This document shows, piece after piece, positions 50,139-58,523 of a stretch of DNA of 64,000 nt; the stretch's first letter is position 1; each line of letters opens with the position of its first letter. The position numbers were made by a program, and so were the translations under genes. Below the pieces are notes generated by a model that was not told the DNA's origin, searched no databases, and saw only the letters and a list, made by a program, of their open reading frames with translations. Origin of the DNA: Candidatus Omnitrophota bacterium (GTDB taxonomy: Bacteria > Omnitrophota > Gorgyraeia > Aquiviventales > Aquiviventaceae); the NCBI GenBank assembly GCA_023247275.1, contig JAHFGT010000001.1:6265-70264 (forward strand). The letters are read 5' to 3'.

Positions 50139-51187
50139 CGCGCCGCCACGATCCGAAGGCATGTCCGATCCCCGCCATAACACAACTCCTCTGATCCCAG
50201 CAGCTCAGCGCACCGCTCAGGGCGGATCCTGGTCACCAGCTCATCAGCCATTTTCGTTGGGAGGCAGGACAACAACGCCTTGCCTGTGTTGACCAGCCAC
50301 CGGCGTGGCGCTGATGGCGTCGCGCGAGTGGTGCCATTGCACCGATTTGACCACCAGTCCGCATACGTCGGGCCGCAGGTCTCGAGAAACTTCACCGTCA
50401 ACCCGGCCTGCTGGAACACGCGCGCTAAACTGTCCTGGCTAAAGAACCCCAGATGCGGCGCGTCGTTGTCTCGACGCTCGGCATGCTGGCGCAAATCACA
50501 ATGCGGCACTTCGCAGATCATAATCCCATCATCGCTGAGTAACGGCTTAACCTGCATCAGCCACGCCACCGCATCCACGCCATTGACATGCTCCAGCACA
50601 TGGGACATCAAGATCAGCTCAAAGGTGTTGCCGGGCGGGCTCCCAGCACATGGCTTTCGCGGATCCAGTGACTGTGCGATCACCTGCACCCCAGCGCGTT
50701 GCCGCAACCATTGAGCGGCTGACTCGTCAGGCTCGATCACAGATGCCTGAAGCCCGGGACACACCTGAGCGAGCGCATCTAGACTGGCCCCCTGGCCTGG
50801 CCCAATGTCCAGGAACGATTCTCCTGTGTGAAATGTTCGGAACAGCTTCGCCAGCAGCACCTGCGCGACTGCACGAGGATCCAACCGGGCGCGCCATGGC
50901 CCTGAGCTGCCCAGCGCATGCACCGACCCAGGGGCTCGATACTGGTGGCGATAAAATCGTTCGAGTCTGGCCACATCCACCGCAGGAGTTGCGTATCCAA
51001 ACCCGCACGATCCGCAGACCAGAATCTCCAAGCCGGTAAACGGATTCTCGGCTTGGGGCAGATGCGAACATTGCTGATCGATGTACCTCATCCGCACCAA
51101 CGTCCCTACTGTGGCTGCGCAGATTGGACAACCGTTCAGCAAGGGTGGCACCGGCTGCGCAAGAGACAACACGGCCGCATCTACCAT
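50135..51187 (-). CDS. Class I SAM methyltransferase with N-terminal Zn ribbon
   Basis: CPIC..CGSC, LDIGPGQG, SHVLEH, CEVP. Confidence 0.85.
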   Translation of the reverse strand: MVDAAVLSLAQPVPPLLNGCPICAATVGTLVRMRYIDQQCSHLPQAENPFTGLEILVCGSCGFGYATPAVDVARLERFYRHQYRAPGSVHALGSSGPWRARLDPRAVAQVLLAKLFRTFHTGESFLDIGPGQGASLDALAQVCPGLQASVIEPDESAAQWLRQRAGVQVIAQSLDPRKPCAGSPPGNTFELILMSHVLEHVNGVDAVAWLMQVKPLLSDDGIMICEVPHCDLRQHAERRDNDAPHLGFFSQDSLARVFQQAGLTVKFLETCGPTYADWWSNRCNGTTRATPSAPRRWLVNTGKALLSCLPTKMADELVTRIRPERCAELLGSEELCYGGDRTCLRIVAAR

Positions 51188-51957
51188 CCGCGTGTCTGCC
51201 CGCCATCGACGACCAAACACGCGCCAGTCAGAAACGACGCGCGCGTTGAAGCCAGGAACACCGCCGCATCCGCGACTTCGTCGACCCGACCAAATCTGCC
51301 CAGCGGCACTTCGCGCTGAATGTACTTGGCGACCTGCTCAGACTGCTGCTGTTGATACCGGTCCCATGATCCACCGGGGAACAAGATATTTCCCGGCGCC
51401 ACCGCATTGACCCGCACCCCATGCGGGCCGACCGCGCGTGACAAACTCTTCATCGTGCTGTGCAACGCGGCCTTGGCCGCGCTGTACGGCACCGGTGCCC
51501 CGAGCGCCTCACAACCAGCGATCGAGGAAATAAATGTGAGACTCCCAGCACGCTGACGAACCAGATGTTTGAGGACCGCGTCCGCCAACTGCACGCTACC
51601 TAAAAGGTTCATCTGAAGGCTCGCCTGCCACTCCTTAGGCGTCACATGCCATCCGCTTGGTCCGACCCCGCTGCCAATGTTCGCCACCACCGCATCTAGC
51701 CGCTTAAACCGAGCGAGTACCTGCTCCACCGCTTCTTGAATACGCACCGGATCAGTCAGATCGCCTTGCACCGCCATGACGCGGGACGGGTCGCTGGCCT
51801 CCGCCAAGCGTCGCGTCGCCTGGTCTAGCACATCCGGCCGGCGTCCGCTAATCACGACTGATGCGCCTTCCTTCAAGAACGCCTCGCTAATCGCGAGCCC
51901 AATGCCTTGACTCGATCCGGCAATGAAGACCACCGATCCTTCGAGTTCCAGATTCAT
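51181..51957 (-). CDS. SDR oxidoreductase
   Basis: AGSSQGIG, YSAAK, VNAVAPGNI, VDGGQ. Confidence 0.9.
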   Translation of the reverse strand: MNLELEGSVVFIAGSSQGIGLAISEAFLKEGASVVISGRRPDVLDQATRRLAEASDPSRVMAVQGDLTDPVRIQEAVEQVLARFKRLDAVVANIGSGVGPSGWHVTPKEWQASLQMNLLGSVQLADAVLKHLVRQRAGSLTFISSIAGCEALGAPVPYSAAKAALHSTMKSLSRAVGPHGVRVNAVAPGNILFPGGSWDRYQQQQSEQVAKYIQREVPLGRFGRVDEVADAAVFLASTRASFLTGACLVVDGGQTRGW

Positions 51958-52799
51958 GCTGCAGGAACAGCCACAACGTTGACCTGCTGCTCAATCAACT
52001 GGCGATTGCGGATCGCCAACTGGAGCTCAGATACCGATGGATCTCTCGCGGCTTGCAGAACCAACGGTCCTGAAAATCGGCGTTCCCCAAGCAGCCGAAA
52101 CACCGTCGGAAAGTCAGCAGCCCCGGTCCCCAATCCCACCGACGGGCCACCTCGCGGACGGTCCTTCACATGGACGCTGCCCACCCAGGCCCCAATCGCC
52201 GTCAGCTCCTCGGTTGGATCATGGCCCAGAGCCGCGCAATTGCCGATGTCGTACGTATATTTCACCATGGGGTGCGCCACCGCGGTCATCAGCTCGACTA
52301 GCGGCTGGGCTTGCAGATCCATTTCCAGGTGTAACTCAACGTGCGTTCGCTCGGCGACAGGGACTACTCGCCGCAACATTTCCACCACCGCATGGCCTTG
52401 TGCGGCGGTTGTCAGCGACGACGCGTCGACAAACGGCAACACCACATGGCGGGCGCCCAGCATCTGAAGGCGTCCCAGCAACCAGCTCAGATGCCGCTGG
52501 GTCGGCTGATGAATCGTGCCATCTGGCTCAATCAGCGGCCGGGTCATGTAGTAATCGGCGCAGACCGACCAGACTGAGACGCCACTGTCCTCACTCACTC
52601 GCCGGATCTCCTGAAGACCATCATCGGTGCGCAACGGATTCACCGATTCAGATTCCTGATCATAGATCCATTCGATGCAGGACAACCCGGCGTGTTGTGC
52701 CAGCGCAAACTCTGCCCGCCAGGTGCGCGTTGGAAATGATTGCAATCGCCCGCGATCCGGCGGCGACAATCTGCCTTGCATCAGGCCAATCACATTCAT
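51954..52799 (-). CDS. Sugar-phosphate isomerase/epimerase (TIM barrel; hexulose/ribulose-phosphate 3-epimerase-like)
   Basis: GLMQGRLSPP, IEWI, CADY, YDIGN, VHVKDR, G.G.ADF. Confidence 0.82.
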   Translation of the reverse strand: MNVIGLMQGRLSPPDRGRLQSFPTRTWRAEFALAQHAGLSCIEWIYDQESESVNPLRTDDGLQEIRRVSEDSGVSVWSVCADYYMTRPLIEPDGTIHQPTQRHLSWLLGRLQMLGARHVVLPFVDASSLTTAAQGHAVVEMLRRVVPVAERTHVELHLEMDLQAQPLVELMTAVAHPMVKYTYDIGNCAALGHDPTEELTAIGAWVGSVHVKDRPRGGPSVGLGTGAADFPTVFRLLGERRFSGPLVLQAARDPSVSELQLAIRNRQLIEQQVNVVAVPAA

Positions 52800-53788
52800 C
52801 GCGCGGTCCCAAACACATACGGCGACACTCCGGCGGCCGGTGGCGTAGTGCGGACACGATCCCACTGTTTGATTTGCTCCACAATATCGATACCCACGTT
52901 GCGGCTCCATTGCGCCAACAGCGCCTGTGTGACCGGCCCAGGCGTTCCAGCACCGATCGGTTGCCCATTCAACTGAGTCACCGGGAGCAGACAAAACGGC
53001 GTAGCCGTCATGAAGGCTTCATCCGCTTGCAGCACGTCATACGACTCCAGCTGGTCTTCAGCAACCCGCAATTCGAGTTGTCGCGCCAGCTCTTCCATGA
53101 CATAGTGACGACTAATTCCCCGGAGGACGTTCTGCCCCAGTGGCGTGATGAGCTGCCGACCTTTCACAAGAAAGAAATTACTGCCCGTGCCCTCCGTAAT
53201 AAAGCCGTTGGGATCCAACAAGAGTGCCCAGTTGTGCGACCCCTGCCACCGGCTCACTTCGAGATTGGCTTTGAAGTAGTGCAGGCGACTTCGGTGCTTC
53301 ACTTTCGGATCCAGCAATGAGGCCGGGATCGCTCGCTGAGACGGAATGACGGCATGAATCCCCGCATCGAACAACTCCCCCATCCCGGCCACGGTCCAGC
53401 GCAGCGGGAAATCCGCCATAATGACCTGCGGTCCCTTCGGGACGCCAACAACCCCTTCGTAGATACTGAGCAGGCCTCGGGTCACGTTGATCATCAGGCG
53501 GTGTTCATCATCCGCTGTGCACAGCGACTCGTTCGCCTGGATAGTCTGCTGCGCGGCCGCCTCCAACTCGGTGAAGCTGAACGGCAGTGGCAGCTCGACC
53601 GCTTTCGCCGATTGGGATAACCGCTCAAGGTGCTCTCGCAATTTGAACTGGACCTTCCCAAACGACCGGGTCATTTCGAAAACCATGTCACCAAACATCA
53701 GGGCGGAATCATAGATCGACAATCGCGCATCTGCCTCCGGCACGAATTGCCCGTTCCACCACACCACGCGCGAACGTTCTGGAATCAT
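52796..53788 (-). CDS. PLP-dependent aminotransferase class IV (IlvE/D-AAT fold)
   Basis: FGDMVFEMTR, EHLERL, KVKHRSRL, TEGTGSNFF, LRGISR, ADEAF. Confidence 0.9.
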   Translation of the reverse strand: MIPERSRVVWWNGQFVPEADARLSIYDSALMFGDMVFEMTRSFGKVQFKLREHLERLSQSAKAVELPLPFSFTELEAAAQQTIQANESLCTADDEHRLMINVTRGLLSIYEGVVGVPKGPQVIMADFPLRWTVAGMGELFDAGIHAVIPSQRAIPASLLDPKVKHRSRLHYFKANLEVSRWQGSHNWALLLDPNGFITEGTGSNFFLVKGRQLITPLGQNVLRGISRHYVMEELARQLELRVAEDQLESYDVLQADEAFMTATPFCLLPVTQLNGQPIGAGTPGPVTQALLAQWSRNVGIDIVEQIKQWDRVRTTPPAAGVSPYVFGTAR

Positions 53789-54138
53789 GCCGCGCCGTCC
53801 CGGCCGCTCGGGGGGAGGGTCGCGCCTTCGACGAATCCGCTGCGCTGCCATGTCAACGCATTGATCGCTTTGTCATCAATGTAGACATCTGCCGAGGGTT
53901 TGCCCATCTGCAGGATGTGGTAGCGCACTCTCCAGTCCCGCAACTGCTGCTCGGTGAGCGCCCGCCAGTCGATCCCGGTAGTCCCGCCGCGCGCGGTGTA
54001 CAATACAATGCGGTGCCCGGCCTGAAAGAGCCGATTCACCTCGTTGATGATCTTTGGAAACGGCTGCGCCTGATGGTACTCCCCGTTGGTGTTCGTGCAG
54101 AGCGTCCCATCGATATCAAAACAGTACGTCATCAGCAT
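53785..54138 (-). CDS. Small HAD-family (capsule biosynthesis) phosphatase
   Basis: FDIDGT, YTARG, GKP.ADVYIDDKA. Confidence 0.88.
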   Translation of the reverse strand: MLMTYCFDIDGTLCTNTNGEYHQAQPFPKIINEVNRLFQAGHRIVLYTARGGTTGIDWRALTEQQLRDWRVRYHILQMGKPSADVYIDDKAINALTWQRSGFVEGATLPPSGRDGAA

Positions 54139-54152
54139 TCTCGGCTGGGCGG

Positions 54153-54956
54153 TTAGACAGCCGGATGTTCTACACAGGCCTGCACCCCAGATCCTGAGTT
54201 GGCAACCCGTCGGCATTCTGCGTCATACCATCGGATGATGTCAGTGATGTGAAAGCTGGGGTTCTTCGGGTAGAGCGTGTCATACAGGCTTGCCATGAAC
54301 GCATACTCGGCGCGCGTGTTGACATCGAGTACCAGGTCTGGTCGGCGGAATGCTCCTGGACACGCCACGGTACCGATGCGATAGCGCATCGGATCCGCCG
54401 GGCGCTGGCGAGCATAGTCGAAGAAATTCAGATGCGGATGCTCTCGACGCTCAGGATCCGTGCAGGCGCGCCACACCTCTTCCAAGGTTGTGAGATGAAA
54501 CACTTCGGCGCCGATTCCATTCGGATACCCATTGCCGTAGACCTCGGCCAGATTAGAGGAGAAGTGACTGGATCCTGAAAGATGGGCTGTAATGATCCGA
54601 TCGATTTCCGTTGGTTCAGGCACTGGGTTGTCGGCAGGCAGCCGCGCGATGACATCTGCGCCGCAGCTTCGCGCTGCCTGAACATATCGATCGACCACAT
54701 CATGCTCTGATCCTCGGAACACCCGCACACCCTCAGCAGACGCGAGGTGCGCTAGCACGTCATCCTCTGAGTGCGTGGTCGTGGCGACGACAAGCTCATG
54801 CACCCATTGGCATCGCTTGACCCGCTCCAGCAGCCGCGCCAGCAATGGGCGGCCAGCGAGCGGCAACATCGATTTCCCCGGCAGTCGCAAAGATCCCATG
54901 CGAGCCTGCATGATCAACGCCACACGCGGGCGGGTCGGCAACTTAGTCAACGGCAT
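54153..54956 (-). CDS. SpsF-like cytidylyltransferase
   Basis: QARMGSLRLPGK, FRGSEHDVVDRY, ADNP, G.GAEV, REH. Confidence 0.88.
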   Translation of the reverse strand: MPLTKLPTRPRVALIMQARMGSLRLPGKSMLPLAGRPLLARLLERVKRCQWVHELVVATTTHSEDDVLAHLASAEGVRVFRGSEHDVVDRYVQAARSCGADVIARLPADNPVPEPTEIDRIITAHLSGSSHFSSNLAEVYGNGYPNGIGAEVFHLTTLEEVWRACTDPERREHPHLNFFDYARQRPADPMRYRIGTVACPGAFRRPDLVLDVNTRAEYAFMASLYDTLYPKNPSFHITDIIRWYDAECRRVANSGSGVQACVEHPAV

Positions 54957-55929
54957 GATCTGCGACTTGGCCGAGCCGATCCCCAGGTCCCCAGTATCGG
55001 AGTTTCTTGGCATTGGCTGCTTCAGCCGGCGTGACCCGCTTGACCCCATCCCCCATGACCAGCGGGATGGTTCTGACGTAACTGGTGAGCATTTCCAGTC
55101 CGCGCTTTTCCAGCGAGGCGGCTTGATCGCTGCCATACATCGCCCGGTCCAGCGTGATGTGCCGCTCGACCGCAACCGCCCCCATCATCGCGGCCAGCAC
55201 CCCTGGGACCATCGTCACTTCATGGCCGCTATAGCCGACCGGGCAGCCGTAGCGGCGGCGCAGCTCGACGAGACAGCGCAGGTTCAGCGCCTGTTCCTGG
55301 GCCGGGTACTCTGAGAGGCAGTGCATCAGCACAAACGGACAGTCGTGCCGGCGAAACACCTCGACCGCGGCATCGATCTGGTCATACCCGCTCATGCCGG
55401 TCGAAATAAAGGTTGGCTTGCGCTCTTGCGCCACGTACTCCACCAGTTCGCGATGCGTCAACAGTGGCGACGCGATCTTGTTGTAGGCGAGGTCATACGA
55501 TCGAAGAAACTCCTGGCTCGGGACATCCCACGCCGATGCAAACCAGGCGATCCCGATCGAGCGGCAATAGGCGTCGATCTGATCGTACTGCGCTCGGCCG
55601 AACTCTAGCGCCTCTTTTTGGGCGCGCTGGGTCGTGCCCCATGGGCTGGCGCGCGGCGAGTCCAGAAACTCCTTGGTATAGACTATGGACACTGTGCGTT
55701 TCTGAAATTTGACCGCATCGCAGCCAGCGTCTTTGGCCATCCGAATCAGTTGCTTGGCGATTGACACATCGCCGTTATGGTTGATGCCGATCTCCGCAAT
55801 CACGGCGACATGACGGGCAATGGGCCAGGGGTTTGATTGGATCAGCGTTGTGGCGAACGCAAACCGGTCGTCCACGGCCGGCGGCGGCGAGGTCAACACC
55901 GTCGCTGGAGCGCTGGAGAGCGGGTTCAT
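54943..55929 (-). CDS. neuB: NeuB/SpsE-family N-acetylneuraminate-like synthase (no C-terminal SAF domain)
   Basis: IAEIGINHNG, AVKFQKR, KIAS, ISTGMS, GYSGHE, ERHITLDR.MYGSDQ.ASLE. Confidence 0.88.
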   Translation of the reverse strand: MNPLSSAPATVLTSPPPAVDDRFAFATTLIQSNPWPIARHVAVIAEIGINHNGDVSIAKQLIRMAKDAGCDAVKFQKRTVSIVYTKEFLDSPRASPWGTTQRAQKEALEFGRAQYDQIDAYCRSIGIAWFASAWDVPSQEFLRSYDLAYNKIASPLLTHRELVEYVAQERKPTFISTGMSGYDQIDAAVEVFRRHDCPFVLMHCLSEYPAQEQALNLRCLVELRRRYGCPVGYSGHEVTMVPGVLAAMMGAVAVERHITLDRAMYGSDQAASLEKRGLEMLTSYVRTIPLVMGDGVKRVTPAEAANAKKLRYWGPGDRLGQVADHAVD

Positions 55930-55930
55930 C

Positions 55931-56566
55931 TCACCTCAATGGTTGGAGCGCGCCATCCACGGCTGGGACATCGGCTCCATCACGTTGAATCACGATGACC
56001 TTCTCTTCCGGCACGCCAAGTTGCGCCAGTCGAGTTTGAAGCTGTTCGACGTCCTCGTGCAGCGAGCTGAGGATCCCGCAGTCATAGGTGAGGGTGGGGA
56101 TGGCAGCAGACGAGAGCACCGGCAGCCCAAGGAACGTTTGCCCGACCAGCCGATCATCCACGACCGCAACAAGGGTATGCCCCAATGCCTTTAGCGTGAT
56201 GTAGGCGATCTCGCTAATTTCCCCAGCGCCGAAACAGACAATGCTCGCGCCCCCGGACGGGACCAGTCGGGCTAGCGAGGTCTTGACCACCTCACGCACC
56301 GTGCGATACAGATAGAGCGAGTACTCGAGAAATTCATAGGTCAGCCGGGTCTTTTCGGCGATGCCTTTGGGGGTGATCAGGTATCGGATTCGGTTGCGCT
56401 GGATGTTCACCGCCTTGACATACCCTTTGGTGACTAACCGGCGAATCATCAGATTGGTCAGCCCGAGTGCGACTTCAAGCCGCTTGGCCAGGTGGCGTTG
56501 AGTCACTGAGGAGTCAGCCGCGATCGCTTCGAGCGCTTTGAGCTCTCGGTAGGACTCAGTGTTCAT
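55931..56566 (-). CDS. EPS-associated MarR-family transcriptional regulator with a C-terminal Rossmann-like domain
   Basis: TQR.LA..L.VALGLTN..IRRL..KGY, Y.ITPKGIAEKTRLT; C-terminal VCFGAGE. Confidence 0.88.
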   Translation of the reverse strand: MNTESYRELKALEAIAADSSVTQRHLAKRLEVALGLTNLMIRRLVTKGYVKAVNIQRNRIRYLITPKGIAEKTRLTYEFLEYSLYLYRTVREVVKTSLARLVPSGGASIVCFGAGEISEIAYITLKALGHTLVAVVDDRLVGQTFLGLPVLSSAAIPTLTYDCGILSSLHEDVEQLQTRLAQLGVPEEKVIVIQRDGADVPAVDGALQPLR

Positions 56567-56576
56567 CACGTGAACA
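56560..56576. promoter_or_regulatory. Palindromic operator candidate TGTTCA-N5-TGAACA
   Basis: Perfect 6-bp inverted repeat overlapping the -10 and start codon of the MarR gene. Confidence 0.6.
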
Positions 56577-56602
56577 ATAAAGCCGCCACAGACCCTTGTC
56601 AA
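56574..56602 (-). promoter_or_regulatory. Sigma70 promoter of the MarR gene and downstream glycan operon
   Basis: TTGACA (56602-56597), N17, TATTGT (56579-56574), 7 nt, ATG 56566. Confidence 0.7.
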
Positions 56603-56616
56603 GGTCAATCTCCTAG

Positions 56617-57780
56617 TTACAAGCGGCGGGAACGGAGGAGGTCGTGAAATGTGTTGATCAGCGTTGGACCATGGACGGTCAACGAGTACCGCTGTTCAAT
56701 GGTGCGCCGGCCGGCCTGGCCGATTCGCTGGCGCAAGGCGGGATCGTTCATGAGCCGGGTGAGCTTTTCGATCCATTCATCCTCGGTGCTGGCCAACAAC
56801 CCGTTGACGCCATCCTCAATGATCTCGCGGTTGACGCCAACCGCCGAGGCGACCACCGGCACGCCACATCCCATAAACTGAATCGCCTTAAAGCCGCACT
56901 TACCGCGAGCCCAGGGATCATCCCACAACGGGTACACGCCAATATCGCACCGCTGAAAATCGTCGACTTCAGTCGCCAACGCCCACGGACGAGACTCCAC
57001 CGGCACCCCGCCGAGTGTGAGTCCATCCGGAGCGCCAACCACCGAAAACCGAAACCGATGCGTGGTGGCCACTCGTTCAAGCACACGTCGGAGATCAGAC
57101 AGATATTTGGCGGTGGAATGGCTGCCAACCCATCCGATCGTCGGCACCGCATTCGGCTTAACACCTGATCGCGGACAAAAGCGTGTGGTATCGATGCAGG
57201 TTGGCAACACGACAACGCGCCGCGCATGTTCACGCGCGTACTCGGCCAGAAACTGGTTGCCGGCCATGACGACATCACAGCACGCCATCACCTGCTTGGG
57301 CGTGTCCAACCGCTCCAGTCGGGCGAGCATCGCTCTTCCCTGCCGCTGCGGCAGGAACATCGCGTCATCGTAATCATAGATCTTTGGCCCGGGAAATCGG
57401 CGGACATGGTCGAGCCCAATCGTCAAGCCGAGCGGAAAGGTTTCTCGATGGATCCACAGCACATCAGCCTGTCGAGCCGCCTGCCGTAGCCGACCTAAGC
57501 GGCGCACGGTGCCTGACAGGCTGTACGCGGCTTTCGCCGGCCACCACCCTCGTCGATACAGTACGCGCGCAGCCGTGTCTGAGTAAAACGAATCCAGCGC
57601 CAGCGAAAACCCGGCCTGCTCCAACATCGATCGCCATTGCACAATGCGAAACCGCGTGCTCGGCCCGGTCATCGGGTTGGTCGCCATCGCCAGGATCCGC
57701 TTGCGATGAATTGATGGCCTATCGGTGACCCATGGGCGGCGGCTCCGGCTCTTGACAATCTGATGCGTATCGAGTGCCAT
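56617..57780 (-). CDS. GT4 glycosyltransferase
   Basis: STRFR, YDYDDA, IGWVGS, GKCGFKAIQFMGCGVPVVAS.VG; start uncertain. Confidence 0.9.
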   Translation of the reverse strand: MALDTHQIVKSRSRRPWVTDRPSIHRKRILAMATNPMTGPSTRFRIVQWRSMLEQAGFSLALDSFYSDTAARVLYRRGWWPAKAAYSLSGTVRRLGRLRQAARQADVLWIHRETFPLGLTIGLDHVRRFPGPKIYDYDDAMFLPQRQGRAMLARLERLDTPKQVMACCDVVMAGNQFLAEYAREHARRVVVLPTCIDTTRFCPRSGVKPNAVPTIGWVGSHSTAKYLSDLRRVLERVATTHRFRFSVVGAPDGLTLGGVPVESRPWALATEVDDFQRCDIGVYPLWDDPWARGKCGFKAIQFMGCGVPVVASAVGVNREIIEDGVNGLLASTEDEWIEKLTRLMNDPALRQRIGQAGRRTIEQRYSLTVHGPTLINTFHDLLRSRRL

Positions 57781-57829
57781 TAATCAGTAGTGCTCAATGC
57801 ACAGTCTCTGACACAAGGAGCGCGCTGCC

Positions 57830-58114
57830 ATGCCCACACCCAAGCCCACCACGATCCCAGCCGTGAAGGCGCGTGTGCGCTTCGGGGAAATTATGAAACG
57901 CGCCGCGCTGCAGCGAGAGCGCTTTATCGTTGAAAAATCCGGGTTGCCGGTGGTGGCTATCATCAACGCGACCGAGTATCTCACCTGGGTCCAAGAGCGC
58001 GAGGAGCGCTTTCACATCTTAGACCGCGTGAAAGGCCATCTCCCACGCGTCGCTCCTCAAGAGGTTGAACGCGACGTCCAGCGAGCCGTTCGTGCCATCA
58101 AGCTTCGTGATTAA
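57830..58114 (+). CDS. Phd/YefM-family antitoxin
   Basis: A..AR.RFGEIM.R.....FIVEKSG.PVVAII; AAGGAG SD. Confidence 0.85.
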   Translation: MPTPKPTTIPAVKARVRFGEIMKRAALQRERFIVEKSGLPVVAIINATEYLTWVQEREERFHILDRVKGHLPRVAPQEVERDVQRAVRAIKLRD

Positions 58115-58523
58115 GGCTGTTCTCGATACCAACCAGTTCGTCAGTAGCCTGCTGACCCGAACAGGACCATCCGCCAAACTCCTCGAGGAGTGGCGAGCCC
58201 ATGCGCATCTGCTCGTCACCTCTCAAGAGATTCTCGCAGAGATCGAACGGGTGCTTCAGCATCCGCACATCGCCAAGAAGTATCGCATCACGGAAGCTGA
58301 CGTGACGGCCCTGATCGAGCTGCTGGAACACGAAGCCGTCGTCTTGCCCCAGACACAGCGTATCGACGTCATCACCGATGATCCCACCGATAACAAGATC
58401 CTGGCCTACGCGATCGACGCCCGAGCGCCGTACATCGTCTCCGGCGATCAACGCCTGCTGCGCCAGTACCACGGAATCGCCATCGTCACCGCCTGCGAAT
58501 TCCTCGCCGTCCTTCATCAGTAG
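58107..58523 (+). CDS. PIN-domain toxin (TIGR00305-like)
   Basis: GTG start overlapping the antitoxin 3' end; AVLDTN, EI..VL, DPTDNKIL, IVSGD. Confidence 0.85.
   Translation: MIKAVLDTNQFVSSLLTRTGPSAKLLEEWRAHAHLLVTSQEILAEIERVLQHPHIAKKYRITEADVTALIELLEHEAVVLPQTQRIDVITDDPTDNKILAYAIDARAPYIVSGDQRLLRQYHGIAIVTACEFLAVLHQ

Noticed and set aside
52037-53320. 427-aa plus-strand ORF (similarly 44533-45555, 14593-15459 and 1336-1947)
   Set aside because: Antisense shadows of well-supported minus-strand genes in high-GC DNA; no recognisable motifs.
57752-57785. TTGACA upstream of the antitoxin as its promoter
   Set aside because: No acceptable -10 box at 16-18 nt spacing, and it lies in the divergent GT4 coding region.
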